Below, piece after piece: positions 23,502 to 32,048 of a stretch of 64,000 bases of DNA. The notes below the pieces were generated by a model. That model had not been told where the DNA came from. It saw only the letters and a list, made by a program, of their open reading frames with translations, and did not search any database. The number at the start of each line of letters is the position of its first letter. The first letter of the stretch is position 1. The position numbers and the translations under genes were made by a program. The stretch comes from a virus: positions 1-64,000 of the IMG/VR virus record IMGVR_UViG_3300042987_004038; one strand, written 5' to 3'.

Positions 23502-24284
23502 ATGAAAATGATAGTTTCAAGAACAAATCTCAGAAGAATAATAAAGTCAATCTTGCTCGAAGGAGAAAGCGAAGATTTTTCTTTTAAGTACGGACCTGGA
23601 GAATGGCTTGAAAATCTTGACAAGCCATCTGGATTTGATTATTACGGCGATGTTTTTTATAACTGCTCAAATTTTTATGATGATATGTCAAAATATTTTT
23701 CAGAAAATTCTTTTTATTCAAAAAAGAGCCAATTTGAAAGTGATTTGAAAAGGCATACTGGAAAAATATTAATGCTTACTGACAATATCAAGCAATATGA
23801 TTTTACCAGTGATCCAATTACTCTCACATGGAAAGAAGACGATTCAAGGAGATTTAAAAAGCACCCAAGCCATGGAAATGATCGAGGCATCTGGGTTTCA
23901 ACATATTCTACAATTTTTGATAAACGTATTGAAATTTATCAAATAAAGGGATTCAACAAGATAAAAGAATTTCCTGATGATGCTTATGATTATGAAATAG
24001 AAATGAATAGAATTGATAAACCTGGATCAATTATAAAGATGAGATTAGACATTATTCTAGATAGAATCTTAAATGTTAGAAGCCTTCAGGTAAAGTTGGA
24101 AGGTGTTGGTCACCAAACGATAAACAAGACAGGACCTTTTTATGAAAAAATTATCTCTATGAATCCGGAGATAGCAAAAGATCCACGTGGTCCGCTTGCA
24201 TACCCGTCAAATATTGCTCTTCACGCCCTAGTTATGACTTCCATTCCAGGTTCGAGTCTCTTTGAAATTATCAGGGGTTTATGA
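23502..24284 (+). CDS. Leader-family hypothetical protein
   Basis: IVSRTNLRRIIKSILLE. Confidence 0.7.
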   Translation: MKMIVSRTNLRRIIKSILLEGESEDFSFKYGPGEWLENLDKPSGFDYYGDVFYNCSNFYDDMSKYFSENSFYSKKSQFESDLKRHTGKILMLTDNIKQYDFTSDPITLTWKEDDSRRFKKHPSHGNDRGIWVSTYSTIFDKRIEIYQIKGFNKIKEFPDDAYDYEIEMNRIDKPGSIIKMRLDIILDRILNVRSLQVKLEGVGHQTINKTGPFYEKIISMNPEIAKDPRGPLAYPSNIALHALVMTSIPGSSLFEIIRGL

Positions 24285-24289
24285 ATATT

Positions 24290-24667
24290 TCAATAGGCAA
24301 TAAATAGCTTGACAATTTGTCCTGCTACAGAGTTTGCCTCGTCCTCAAAAAATCCTCCTACATCTTTGATGCTTGTACGACCGTAAAATTCATGCTTTCC
24401 TTGTCGCATATGGACCATCTCGTGTGCAATTGATCTGCATATATCGTGAGGATGTCGACCGCACGTGAATATTACAAGTTCGTTTGTGCTTGGGTTGAAA
24501 TATGCGGTTGTTTTTATTCCGTGTTTTTCCTTGTCTCCAGTTAGCAAGACTGAGTAGTCTAGGTCTCCTATTCCAAGGTGGTCGACCGCGAAGAGACAAA
24601 ATTGACAAATAAGCGCAATTGAGTCTGAGTCTTGCCCACAGCTTTTTTCTACAATTACTTTTCTCAT
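24290..24667 (-). CDS. HExxH metallopeptidase-like protein
   Basis: SIAHEMVHMRQ...EDEAN. Confidence 0.7.
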   Translation of the reverse strand: MRKVIVEKSCGQDSDSIALICQFCLFAVDHLGIGDLDYSVLLTGDKEKHGIKTTAYFNPSTNELVIFTCGRHPHDICRSIAHEMVHMRQGKHEFYGRTSIKDVGGFFEDEANSVAGQIVKLFIAY

Positions 24668-24796
24668 TTTTTATCCATCCTGACGCCAGGGCCCAAAATA
24701 GAATCTGGGTGGCAAATATTACTATTATTTCTAAATATGTAGCTATGGAACTAATCATCATCACGTTGTATTATTCTACTGAGCCAGGGAGCAAGT

Positions 24797-25990
24797 TTGT
24801 CAATCTTTCGCGAACATAAAACTTCTGCCGATCGATCTGCTTCAGATCGTTCTCGACATAAGAAAAAGATTGAAAAGGCTATCCGAGATGGAATATCCGA
24901 CATTATCTCTGAGGAATCCATCATTGGCCAAGACGGAAAGAAGAGAATTAAAATTCCAGTTCGAGGCATTAAGGAATGGCAATTTGTCTATGGCGAAAAT
25001 GTCGGACAAAAAAAGATAGGCTCTGCACCGGGTCAGGATATTGAGCAAGGTCAGGTTGTTAGAAAAGGACAGCAGCAAGGTCAAGGCGGCGGAAACAAAG
25101 CAGGAAAGGACAAGGGAGAAGAAGCCTATGAGGTTGAAATCTCTCTTGAAGAGCTTGCTGAATATCTTTTTGATTCTCTAAATCTTCCTGATCTTGACAA
25201 GAAGAAGCTCAAGACAATTATGCAGGAAAAGCCAAAGCGACACGGAACTCGGACAAATGGTATTCCTCCTCGTCTCGACAAAAAGCTTTCTGCAATTGAA
25301 AGAATTAAAAGAAAGGTTGCTGCAAAGAAAGCAGGTGAAATAGAAATTGACCCACAGACCGGAGAAGAGCTTTTTCCATTTCACGAAAATGATCTAAGGT
25401 ATCATCACATTAAGACAAAGCCAAAAGAGGCATCAAGCGCGGTTGTCTTCTTTATGATGGATGTCTCCGGTTCAATGACAAAGGAAGTAAAGTATATTGC
25501 ACGTTCATTCTTCTTTGTTCTTTATCATTTTTTAAGATACAAATATGATAATCTAGAAATAGTCTTTATTTCACACACTACAGAAGCCCAAGAAGTTGAT
25601 GAGGATTCATTTTTTAAGCGGATTGAGTCCGGAGGAACTTACATAAGTTCAGCACCTGTAATGGCAAGAGAAATTGCAATGAAGAGGTTTCACCCTTCTT
25701 CCTGGAACATTTATGCATTTCATTGTACTGATGGTGACAACTGGCCTGAAGACAACTTGAAGGCCAAGAAAGCTTTTATTGAGCTATCTGATATCTCTCA
25801 GATGGTTGGATATTGTGAGATTCTTACTGGTGCAAGATCTGCAGATAACTGGAACGAAGATATAGAAAGAACAATGTGGGGAACACTTGTCCCTATACAA
25901 AGCAATAAGTTTAAGATGAATGTGATAAAGAACTCTCAAGATATCTGGCCTGTCTTTAAGAAGCTATTTGGAGGAGTCGAAAATGTCTAA
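24797..25990 (+). CDS. YeaH/YhbH (DUF444) vWA-domain protein
   Basis: DRSRHKKK, IKIPVRGIKE, MMDVSGSM MIDAS motif, ESGGTYISS, DGDNW. Confidence 0.9.
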   Translation: MSIFREHKTSADRSASDRSRHKKKIEKAIRDGISDIISEESIIGQDGKKRIKIPVRGIKEWQFVYGENVGQKKIGSAPGQDIEQGQVVRKGQQQGQGGGNKAGKDKGEEAYEVEISLEELAEYLFDSLNLPDLDKKKLKTIMQEKPKRHGTRTNGIPPRLDKKLSAIERIKRKVAAKKAGEIEIDPQTGEELFPFHENDLRYHHIKTKPKEASSAVVFFMMDVSGSMTKEVKYIARSFFFVLYHFLRYKYDNLEIVFISHTTEAQEVDEDSFFKRIESGGTYISSAPVMAREIAMKRFHPSSWNIYAFHCTDGDNWPEDNLKAKKAFIELSDISQMVGYCEILTGARSADNWNEDIERTMWGTLVPIQSNKFKMNVIKNSQDIWPVFKKLFGGVENV

Positions 25991-27287
25991 TTGGACTCTG
26001 GAAGAGCTTGCTGATTGGGATAAGAGAATTTGTGATATCTCTCGTGCAAATGGTCTGAATTGGTACGAGATTGCATATGAGACATGTGATTACTTTGAGA
26101 TGATAGGAAACATGTCATATCATGGCATGCCTTCTCATTTTTCTCATTGGTCTTATGGCAAGTCTTTTGAAAGAACTCACCACATGTACAATGCTGGCGC
26201 AGAAGGATTGCCATATGAACTGATAATCAACTCAAATCCATCAATTGCCTATCTAATGCTTGAGAATCCTTTATATCTTCAGATATTGATCATGGCACAT
26301 TGTGTAGGTCATTCTGATTTCTTTAAAATGAATAGAACTTTTAAAGATACAGATGCTGATAATGTAACTGTAAGATTTAGAAGTGCTCGTTCTAGAATTC
26401 AATCATACATTGAGGATCCTTCTATTGGAATAGAGAGAGTTGAGAAGCTTATTGACGCTTGTCATAGCATTCAGTACCAGGTTGACAGAAGAGGGAGATT
26501 CAGAAAAGAAGAGAGAGATCTAGTTGAATCTTTCTGGAAGAACGATAAGAATACAAAAAAACTTAAGGATAATGAGTCACCTAAGCATCCTATAGCACCT
26601 GAGTATGATCTTCTTCTATTTCTTCAGGAAAATTGTAAAGACCTTAAGCCTTGGCAGAAAGATATAATAGAGATCATTAGGGGAGAGTCGCTCTACTTCA
26701 TGCCACAAATTAGAACAAAGGTAATGAATGAAGGATGGGCGAGTTTTTGGCACTATAGAACACTAAATCAGCTCGACTTACCTGATAGTATGCATATTCC
26801 ATTTTTAAGAATTCATAACTTAGTCCTCAGGCCCTGGGGCGGATCTATCAATCCTTATCATCTTGGATTTGAGCTCTTCAAGAAAATTGAGGAAGAAAGA
26901 GGAATTGAGGAATGTTTCATAGCAAGAGAGGTCCACAATGATGAGTCTTTTATTATGCAATATCTGGATCGAGACATTTGTGAGAAACTTAATCTCTTTA
27001 CTTACTCAGCAAAGCAGAGAAATGGAGATTGGACAATTGATGATCTGTCTGATGAAGACGGATGGAAGGTCTGTCGCCAGACCCTTATAAACAGCGTCGG
27101 TGGAAATAGTATTCCCATCATCTATGTTGATGAAGTAAAAAAGGACACACTAGTCCTTGTCCATGAACATGACGGAAGGGATCTTGAGCTTGATTATGCA
27201 GATAACTGTGTAAAAAATATCAGTGAGATCTGGGGTGGTCCAGTTAAGCTGGTAACTGAAATCGAGGACGAATACTTTGAAATCTGA
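25983..27287 (+). CDS. spoVR: SpoVR/YcgB family protein
   Basis: HWSYGKSF, YELIINSNP, AHCVGHSDFFK, TKVMNEGWASFWH, NPYHLG. Confidence 0.9.
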   Translation: MSNWTLEELADWDKRICDISRANGLNWYEIAYETCDYFEMIGNMSYHGMPSHFSHWSYGKSFERTHHMYNAGAEGLPYELIINSNPSIAYLMLENPLYLQILIMAHCVGHSDFFKMNRTFKDTDADNVTVRFRSARSRIQSYIEDPSIGIERVEKLIDACHSIQYQVDRRGRFRKEERDLVESFWKNDKNTKKLKDNESPKHPIAPEYDLLLFLQENCKDLKPWQKDIIEIIRGESLYFMPQIRTKVMNEGWASFWHYRTLNQLDLPDSMHIPFLRIHNLVLRPWGGSINPYHLGFELFKKIEEERGIEECFIAREVHNDESFIMQYLDRDICEKLNLFTYSAKQRNGDWTIDDLSDEDGWKVCRQTLINSVGGNSIPIIYVDEVKKDTLVLVHEHDGRDLELDYADNCVKNISEIWGGPVKLVTEIEDEYFEI

Positions 27288-27297
27288 GAGGTCTAAG

Positions 27298-29223
27298 ATG
27301 GATTTTCTAAAGATCATTAAGCAGCAGAGAAACGAGAGTCAAAAAGAGGCGTGGTCTGGCACACTTGTTGAATATCTTGAGATTCTTCAGAAGAATCCAG
27401 ACGTTGCAAAACTTGCAGCAAGTAGACTATTTGATTCAATTGCATCATATGGCGTTGAATCTATGGAAGAGTCAGATCCTCGTTGTAAGAAGCTTTTTGA
27501 CGGAGATAAGCTGAAGACTTACAAGTACTTCAAGGACGACTTCTACGGTCACGAGAGAGTGATCGCAAAGCTCATGAGATTCCTGAAGTCTGCTTCTCTC
27601 AAGGGCGAGGAGAGCCGCCAGGTCCTCCTCCTCATGGGCCCCGTAGGCTCAGGTAAGTCGGCACTTGCCGATGCCGTGAAGAAGGCTCTTGAGAAGGCTG
27701 CTGATCCTGTCTATCATCTTGAAGGATGTCCTATCCGTGAAGAGCCCCTTCACCTCCTCCCGCGTTCGCTCCGCGACCAGTTTGAAAAGCTCCTCGGCGT
27801 CCACATCGAAGGAGACCTCTGTCCGGTCTGTCGTTACCGACTAATGAACGAGTTTGGTGGAGAGTATGAGAAATTCCCTGTTGTCCGCAGTGGTTTCTCG
27901 CAGCGTGGACGGCGTGGTATCGCAGTGGTCCCTCCGATGGATGCCAACTCCCAGGACGTCTCAGCTCTCATCGGTTCCGAGGACATCTCGAAGCTAGACA
28001 AGTACTCCGAGGACGATCCTCGTGTTCTGAACCTCAACGGTGCTTTCAACGTCGGCAATCGTGGTGTCGTGGAGTTCGTTGAGATCTTCAAGAATGAGAT
28101 TGAGTTCCTCCACACGATCCTCACTGCCACCCAGGAGAAGCAGGTTCCGACTCCCGGTAAGAACTCGATGCTCTACTTCGACGGTGTCATCATCTCGCAC
28201 TGTAATGAATCTGAGTGGAACCGCTTCAAGTCCGAGCACACCAACGAGGCCATCCTTGACCGTGTCGTGAAGATCGAGGTCCCATACGTCCTCGAGCTCA
28301 CGCAGGAAATGAAGATCTACGAGAAGATGCTTCGCAAGTCGGACTTCAAGGCACACCTTGCACCGCACACCATCAAGGTCGCTGCAATGTTCTCGGTCAT
28401 GAGCCGGCTTAAGCCCTCACAGAAGTGTGATCTCCTCACTAAGATGAAGATCTACGATGGTCAGGAGGTTGTTGAGAAGGGTCGCACCAAGAAAGTTGAC
28501 ATAAAGGATCTTAGAGACGAGTCTAAGCATGAAGGAATGGACGGAATCTCTACGCGTTTCATTACCAAGGCAATTGATTCTACCCTTTCAGATTCTGAAA
28601 AGAACTTTATTACTCCAATGCGAGTAGTGGATTCTCTTATCAAGCAGGTGAAGGAGCAAGTAGTCGACGAGGAGAAGAAGAAGCACTATCTTGAGATTCT
28701 CCAGAAGACCATCCGAGAGGAGTACTTAAAGATCCTCGAAGGTGAGATTGCCAAGGCTTTTGTTACCGCCTATGAAGAGCAGGCCCAGAGTCTATTCGAC
28801 AACTACCTTGATAATGCAGAATCTTTCACTACAAAGCAGAAGCTGAAAGATCGAATGACCTCCGAGGAGAGGGAGCCTGATGAGAAGTTCATGAAGGCAA
28901 TTGAAGAACAGATTGGAATTGTTGGATCTTCCCGAGACGGATTCCGAGCAGATGTTACAGCGTATATGTTTGCCAAAGTTCGACGTGGTCAAAAAGTTGA
29001 TTACAAGTCCTATGAGCCGCTCAAGGAAGCAATTGAGAGCTACCTCATTGCAACAGTCAAGGATCTTGCGAGGATTGTTACAAAGTCCAAGAGTCGAGAT
29101 AACGAGCAACAGAAGAAATACTCAGAGATGGTTGAGACAATGGTAAAAGATTATGGGTATACTCCTGATTCTGCAGAGGAGATTATTACATTTGCTGCCA
29201 ACAATCTCTGGAGAGATTCATAA
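27298..29223 (+). CDS. prkA: PrkA/YeaG family AAA+ ATPase (annotated serine kinase)
   Basis: LLLMGPVGSGKS Walker A, CPIREEPL, GNRGVVEFVEIFK, EGMDGISTRF. Confidence 0.92.
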   Translation: MDFLKIIKQQRNESQKEAWSGTLVEYLEILQKNPDVAKLAASRLFDSIASYGVESMEESDPRCKKLFDGDKLKTYKYFKDDFYGHERVIAKLMRFLKSASLKGEESRQVLLLMGPVGSGKSALADAVKKALEKAADPVYHLEGCPIREEPLHLLPRSLRDQFEKLLGVHIEGDLCPVCRYRLMNEFGGEYEKFPVVRSGFSQRGRRGIAVVPPMDANSQDVSALIGSEDISKLDKYSEDDPRVLNLNGAFNVGNRGVVEFVEIFKNEIEFLHTILTATQEKQVPTPGKNSMLYFDGVIISHCNESEWNRFKSEHTNEAILDRVVKIEVPYVLELTQEMKIYEKMLRKSDFKAHLAPHTIKVAAMFSVMSRLKPSQKCDLLTKMKIYDGQEVVEKGRTKKVDIKDLRDESKHEGMDGISTRFITKAIDSTLSDSEKNFITPMRVVDSLIKQVKEQVVDEEKKKHYLEILQKTIREEYLKILEGEIAKAFVTAYEEQAQSLFDNYLDNAESFTTKQKLKDRMTSEEREPDEKFMKAIEEQIGIVGSSRDGFRADVTAYMFAKVRRGQKVDYKSYEPLKEAIESYLIATVKDLARIVTKSKSRDNEQQKKYSEMVETMVKDYGYTPDSAEEIITFAANNLWRDS

Positions 29224-29297
29224 TCTTGAATATTCCAAAATTTTGATAATTTCAATTTTTCTTAAGTATTGTTTTGTTGGCTCCTTTATGAGAGAAA

Positions 29298-30599
29298 ATG
29301 TATTCCTCGCTTGTAGATGAAAAAGATCTCATATCCTTGACCAGGATTGCGTGTGATGATATTGAAAAAATATCAAAGTGTGAAAACACAATATCTCCTT
29401 CTGGATATCATAGCGATCCTGTTCAAACACTTGTCATGAGAAGAGGAGCCAACAAAGACTACATTATCACGCCGATTATTGAAGCATCAGCAATTCAAGC
29501 TGAGATAAAGGCAGCAGGAGCAGGAGAGACATTTTTAAGAATATTTCCTGCTGGAATAAAAGATGATATTTCAAAGAGATCAATCGGGCTTAGATCTGAT
29601 GATGAGTGGAATCAGATTTTAAAGAATATTGAAATTTCATCCATACCATGCAGAAAATCAGACATTGAAGTAATCTTCAAGTCAGGGGGAGACGTATACA
29701 GAAGAATTACTAGAGAATCTTTTGATCTACTAAGATGTGAAGATTCAATTTCTGTGAAGAAGAGCCCTTCTCAAAAGACAGAAATAAAGAGAGAGTCAGG
29801 CTACATTTTTGAAGGATTATCTGTAGATCATAGATTTCTATCTAGAGGGACTTGGGACAGAAAAAATGTGAAAGTTGCGCTTCTTGATGGAGTTATTGAG
29901 AATGTCTCAGAGATTCACAGATTTATAGAAGAAGCTGCAAATAAAAAAACCCCTTGCGTTATTTTTTCTATTGATGCTCTTCCAGATGTAAGTGAGACAC
30001 TTATCAAGAATTTTGAACTAAGAAATCTTGATGTAATCTTAGTAAAGATACCTGTTACTCATGATCACATTAACACACTTGTTGATCTTGGAATAGTTTT
30101 CGAAGAGCAACCTGTTGCTGCGTCTACAGGAGATTCAATTTCAATTGGAATTTCTAGACAAAAATGTTTTGCTGATAGAATTACAATAACTAGAGGGAAA
30201 GTTCTGATTGAAAAAGAAGACAGCAAGCGATCAGTTGAGTCTCACGTAAGAGATCTGAGAAAGAGGATAGAGGAGAACATTGAAACATCAATAATTCTTG
30301 AGCCAAGAGTTTCAAGACTAAGCAATTCTACAGTAAGAATATTTGTAGGGATAGATGACCAAAAGAGAGATCCAAACATAGTTGAAAAGCTAGATAGAAC
30401 TTTTCGTTCGCTTCCAAAAATACTGAGATCAGGATTTATTGAAAAAAATGATTTCCAAGAGTTTTCAAGTGAAAAGATAGATCTATTATTTGGTGTGAAC
30501 CATGAGATATCTGCAGAAATGGCTGCACAATCTATTAAGATATTTCTTTCCGCCAGGGAAGCGATTAAGTCAGCAGCAGCTGGAATCAGAAAAATTTAA
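29298..30599 (+). CDS. Divergent chaperonin (GroEL/TCP-1-like) protein
   Basis: Apical-domain-like ALLDGVIENVSEIHRFIEE...PCVIF...TLIKN...VILVKIP; no GDGTTT motif. Confidence 0.55.
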   Translation: MYSSLVDEKDLISLTRIACDDIEKISKCENTISPSGYHSDPVQTLVMRRGANKDYIITPIIEASAIQAEIKAAGAGETFLRIFPAGIKDDISKRSIGLRSDDEWNQILKNIEISSIPCRKSDIEVIFKSGGDVYRRITRESFDLLRCEDSISVKKSPSQKTEIKRESGYIFEGLSVDHRFLSRGTWDRKNVKVALLDGVIENVSEIHRFIEEAANKKTPCVIFSIDALPDVSETLIKNFELRNLDVILVKIPVTHDHINTLVDLGIVFEEQPVAASTGDSISIGISRQKCFADRITITRGKVLIEKEDSKRSVESHVRDLRKRIEENIETSIILEPRVSRLSNSTVRIFVGIDDQKRDPNIVEKLDRTFRSLPKILRSGFIEKNDFQEFSSEKIDLLFGVNHEISAEMAAQSIKIFLSAREAIKSAAAGIRKI

Positions 30600-30621
30600 T
30601 ATAAAAGAGGCAAAAAAGAGA

Positions 30622-30843
30622 ATGTCAAAATCAACAAGACTTAGAACAGATTTTAGACTCGCTGTTGATCACATTCGAGATCGAGTAATCTCGAATGTTG
30701 TCGAAGCAAAGCGTCAAGGAATGTACAGCTTTAGCGACAGAGATGCAGAAGCACTTGTCCGAGTCATCGAGTCAGCCTTTGAGCAAGGATTTATTTCTGC
30801 ATCATCACAGATTGAGAAGTCAATTAACGAGTCAACGAGGTAA
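30622..30843 (+). CDS. Hypothetical protein
   Basis: ORF in operon context. Confidence 0.6.
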   Translation: MSKSTRLRTDFRLAVDHIRDRVISNVVEAKRQGMYSFSDRDAEALVRVIESAFEQGFISASSQIEKSINESTR

Positions 30844-30845
30844 AA

Positions 30846-31313
30846 ATGTCAACGGAGGGCTTTAAGCACCTCATACAGTGTCACTGTGTTCTACCGCAAT
30901 TTAGAAATACTAATCCCACTATTTTTCATAAATTTGTAGTTTTTAGTATTTCAGAGGACGATCAAGTTAAAGAGAAGATAGTTCAGTGCAACAATTGCGG
31001 AGTATTACACAAGGTAGAAGACTATTGCAAGTCTGAGATACTATTTGGAAAAGAAAATATCGGAAGCATTAGAACAATTGAAGATATTGAGCTGGGCTTG
31101 CCTGAAAGGCTTGCAGCCTACCTTAAGACACAAAACATAGATGTTGCCACGTGGGAACAAGTTGAATGGCTTATTGAGAATGAAGAAGAATCAGAAATTA
31201 CAATAAGAAGAGATGAACAGTCTGGTCGAACAAATCTTAAAATATTAATCATCAAAAAAGATGGAACTTTTAGGACTCGAAACGAAATCATTAATGACGT
31301 AACGGAGCCATAA
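30846..31313 (+). CDS. Cys-containing hypothetical protein
   Basis: QCHC and QCNNCG motifs. Confidence 0.7.
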   Translation: MSTEGFKHLIQCHCVLPQFRNTNPTIFHKFVVFSISEDDQVKEKIVQCNNCGVLHKVEDYCKSEILFGKENIGSIRTIEDIELGLPERLAAYLKTQNIDVATWEQVEWLIENEEESEITIRRDEQSGRTNLKILIIKKDGTFRTRNEIINDVTEP

Positions 31314-31546
31314 TGGATTTTGGAAGATCAAAAGTTCATAAAGTTACAGAAAAGCTTCACCAGTGCAGAGACATAGTCAGAGAGATTGAAAATTTTGGAG
31401 TCGATGAACTCCAGAGAAAGCAAATAATTTATCTTCTTAGTCTGGGTCTGGAAGATAGAATTGCGCTAGAGGATATTTCTTCTGTTGCCAAGAAGTACAT
31501 TGGAAATCCACTAGAAGAAGCAGAAAAGACACAATTGGAGGTATGA
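31313..31546 (+). CDS. Hypothetical protein
   Basis: TAATG coupling. Confidence 0.65.
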   Translation: MDFGRSKVHKVTEKLHQCRDIVREIENFGVDELQRKQIIYLLSLGLEDRIALEDISSVAKKYIGNPLEEAEKTQLEV

Positions 31547-31728
31547 TGAGTCTAGTCAACAAGTGGGAAGAGCTTAAGGTTCTAGTTGAGAGCGTAGAGC
31601 TTGATGTCAAGAAAAATGCAAATGGAAATAAGTCTGCAGGAGTTAGGGCTCGTCGAGGGCTACGGCTAATCAAGCAGACTGCAGGAGAGCTTGTTAAGCT
31701 TTCTAAGGGAACTGACCCCGAAGAGTAG
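31543..31728 (+). CDS. Histone H1-like (Hc1-type) small basic protein
   Basis: KNANGNKSAGVRARRGLRLIK matches GNKxAGxRARK motif. Confidence 0.7.
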   Translation: MMSLVNKWEELKVLVESVELDVKKNANGNKSAGVRARRGLRLIKQTAGELVKLSKGTDPEE

Positions 31729-31743
31729 AAAAAACAAAAAATT

Positions 31744-31772
31744 GAAAAGGCCGCTTGCGCGGCCTTTCTTTT
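31744..31772. terminator. Bidirectional intrinsic terminator between convergent genes
   Basis: AAAGGCCGC-TTGC-GCGGCCTTT with flanking A and T tracts. Confidence 0.8.
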
Positions 31773-31993
31773 TATCTAATGAAGTCTGAAATTTTTTGAA
31801 TTATTCTTTTTTCCATTTGACATATTCTCATTCTTGTTACACCCATTATGTCTCCAATCTCCTGTAAGGACATTGGTCCCTTCTTTGATGCAACAATTGT
31901 ACAATTTTGATTATCCCTGCATTTAATCCACTGTCTGCAGCTTTTGTTTTGACATTCAATTTTGTGAAAGTCATGCATTTCGAAACACTTCAT
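31772..31993 (-). CDS. Small protein: Cys-rich N-terminus plus sigma-70 region-4 HTH
   Basis: MSLQEIGDIMGVTRMRICQMEKRIIQKI aligns with sigma70 [27 protein letters not shown]. Confidence 0.75.
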   Translation of the reverse strand: MKCFEMHDFHKIECQNKSCRQWIKCRDNQNCTIVASKKGPMSLQEIGDIMGVTRMRICQMEKRIIQKISDFIR

Positions 31994-32048
31994 AATTACC
32001 TCTAGATAGAATGTAATCATCGGATCTTACTTTTACCATCGGAGACAA

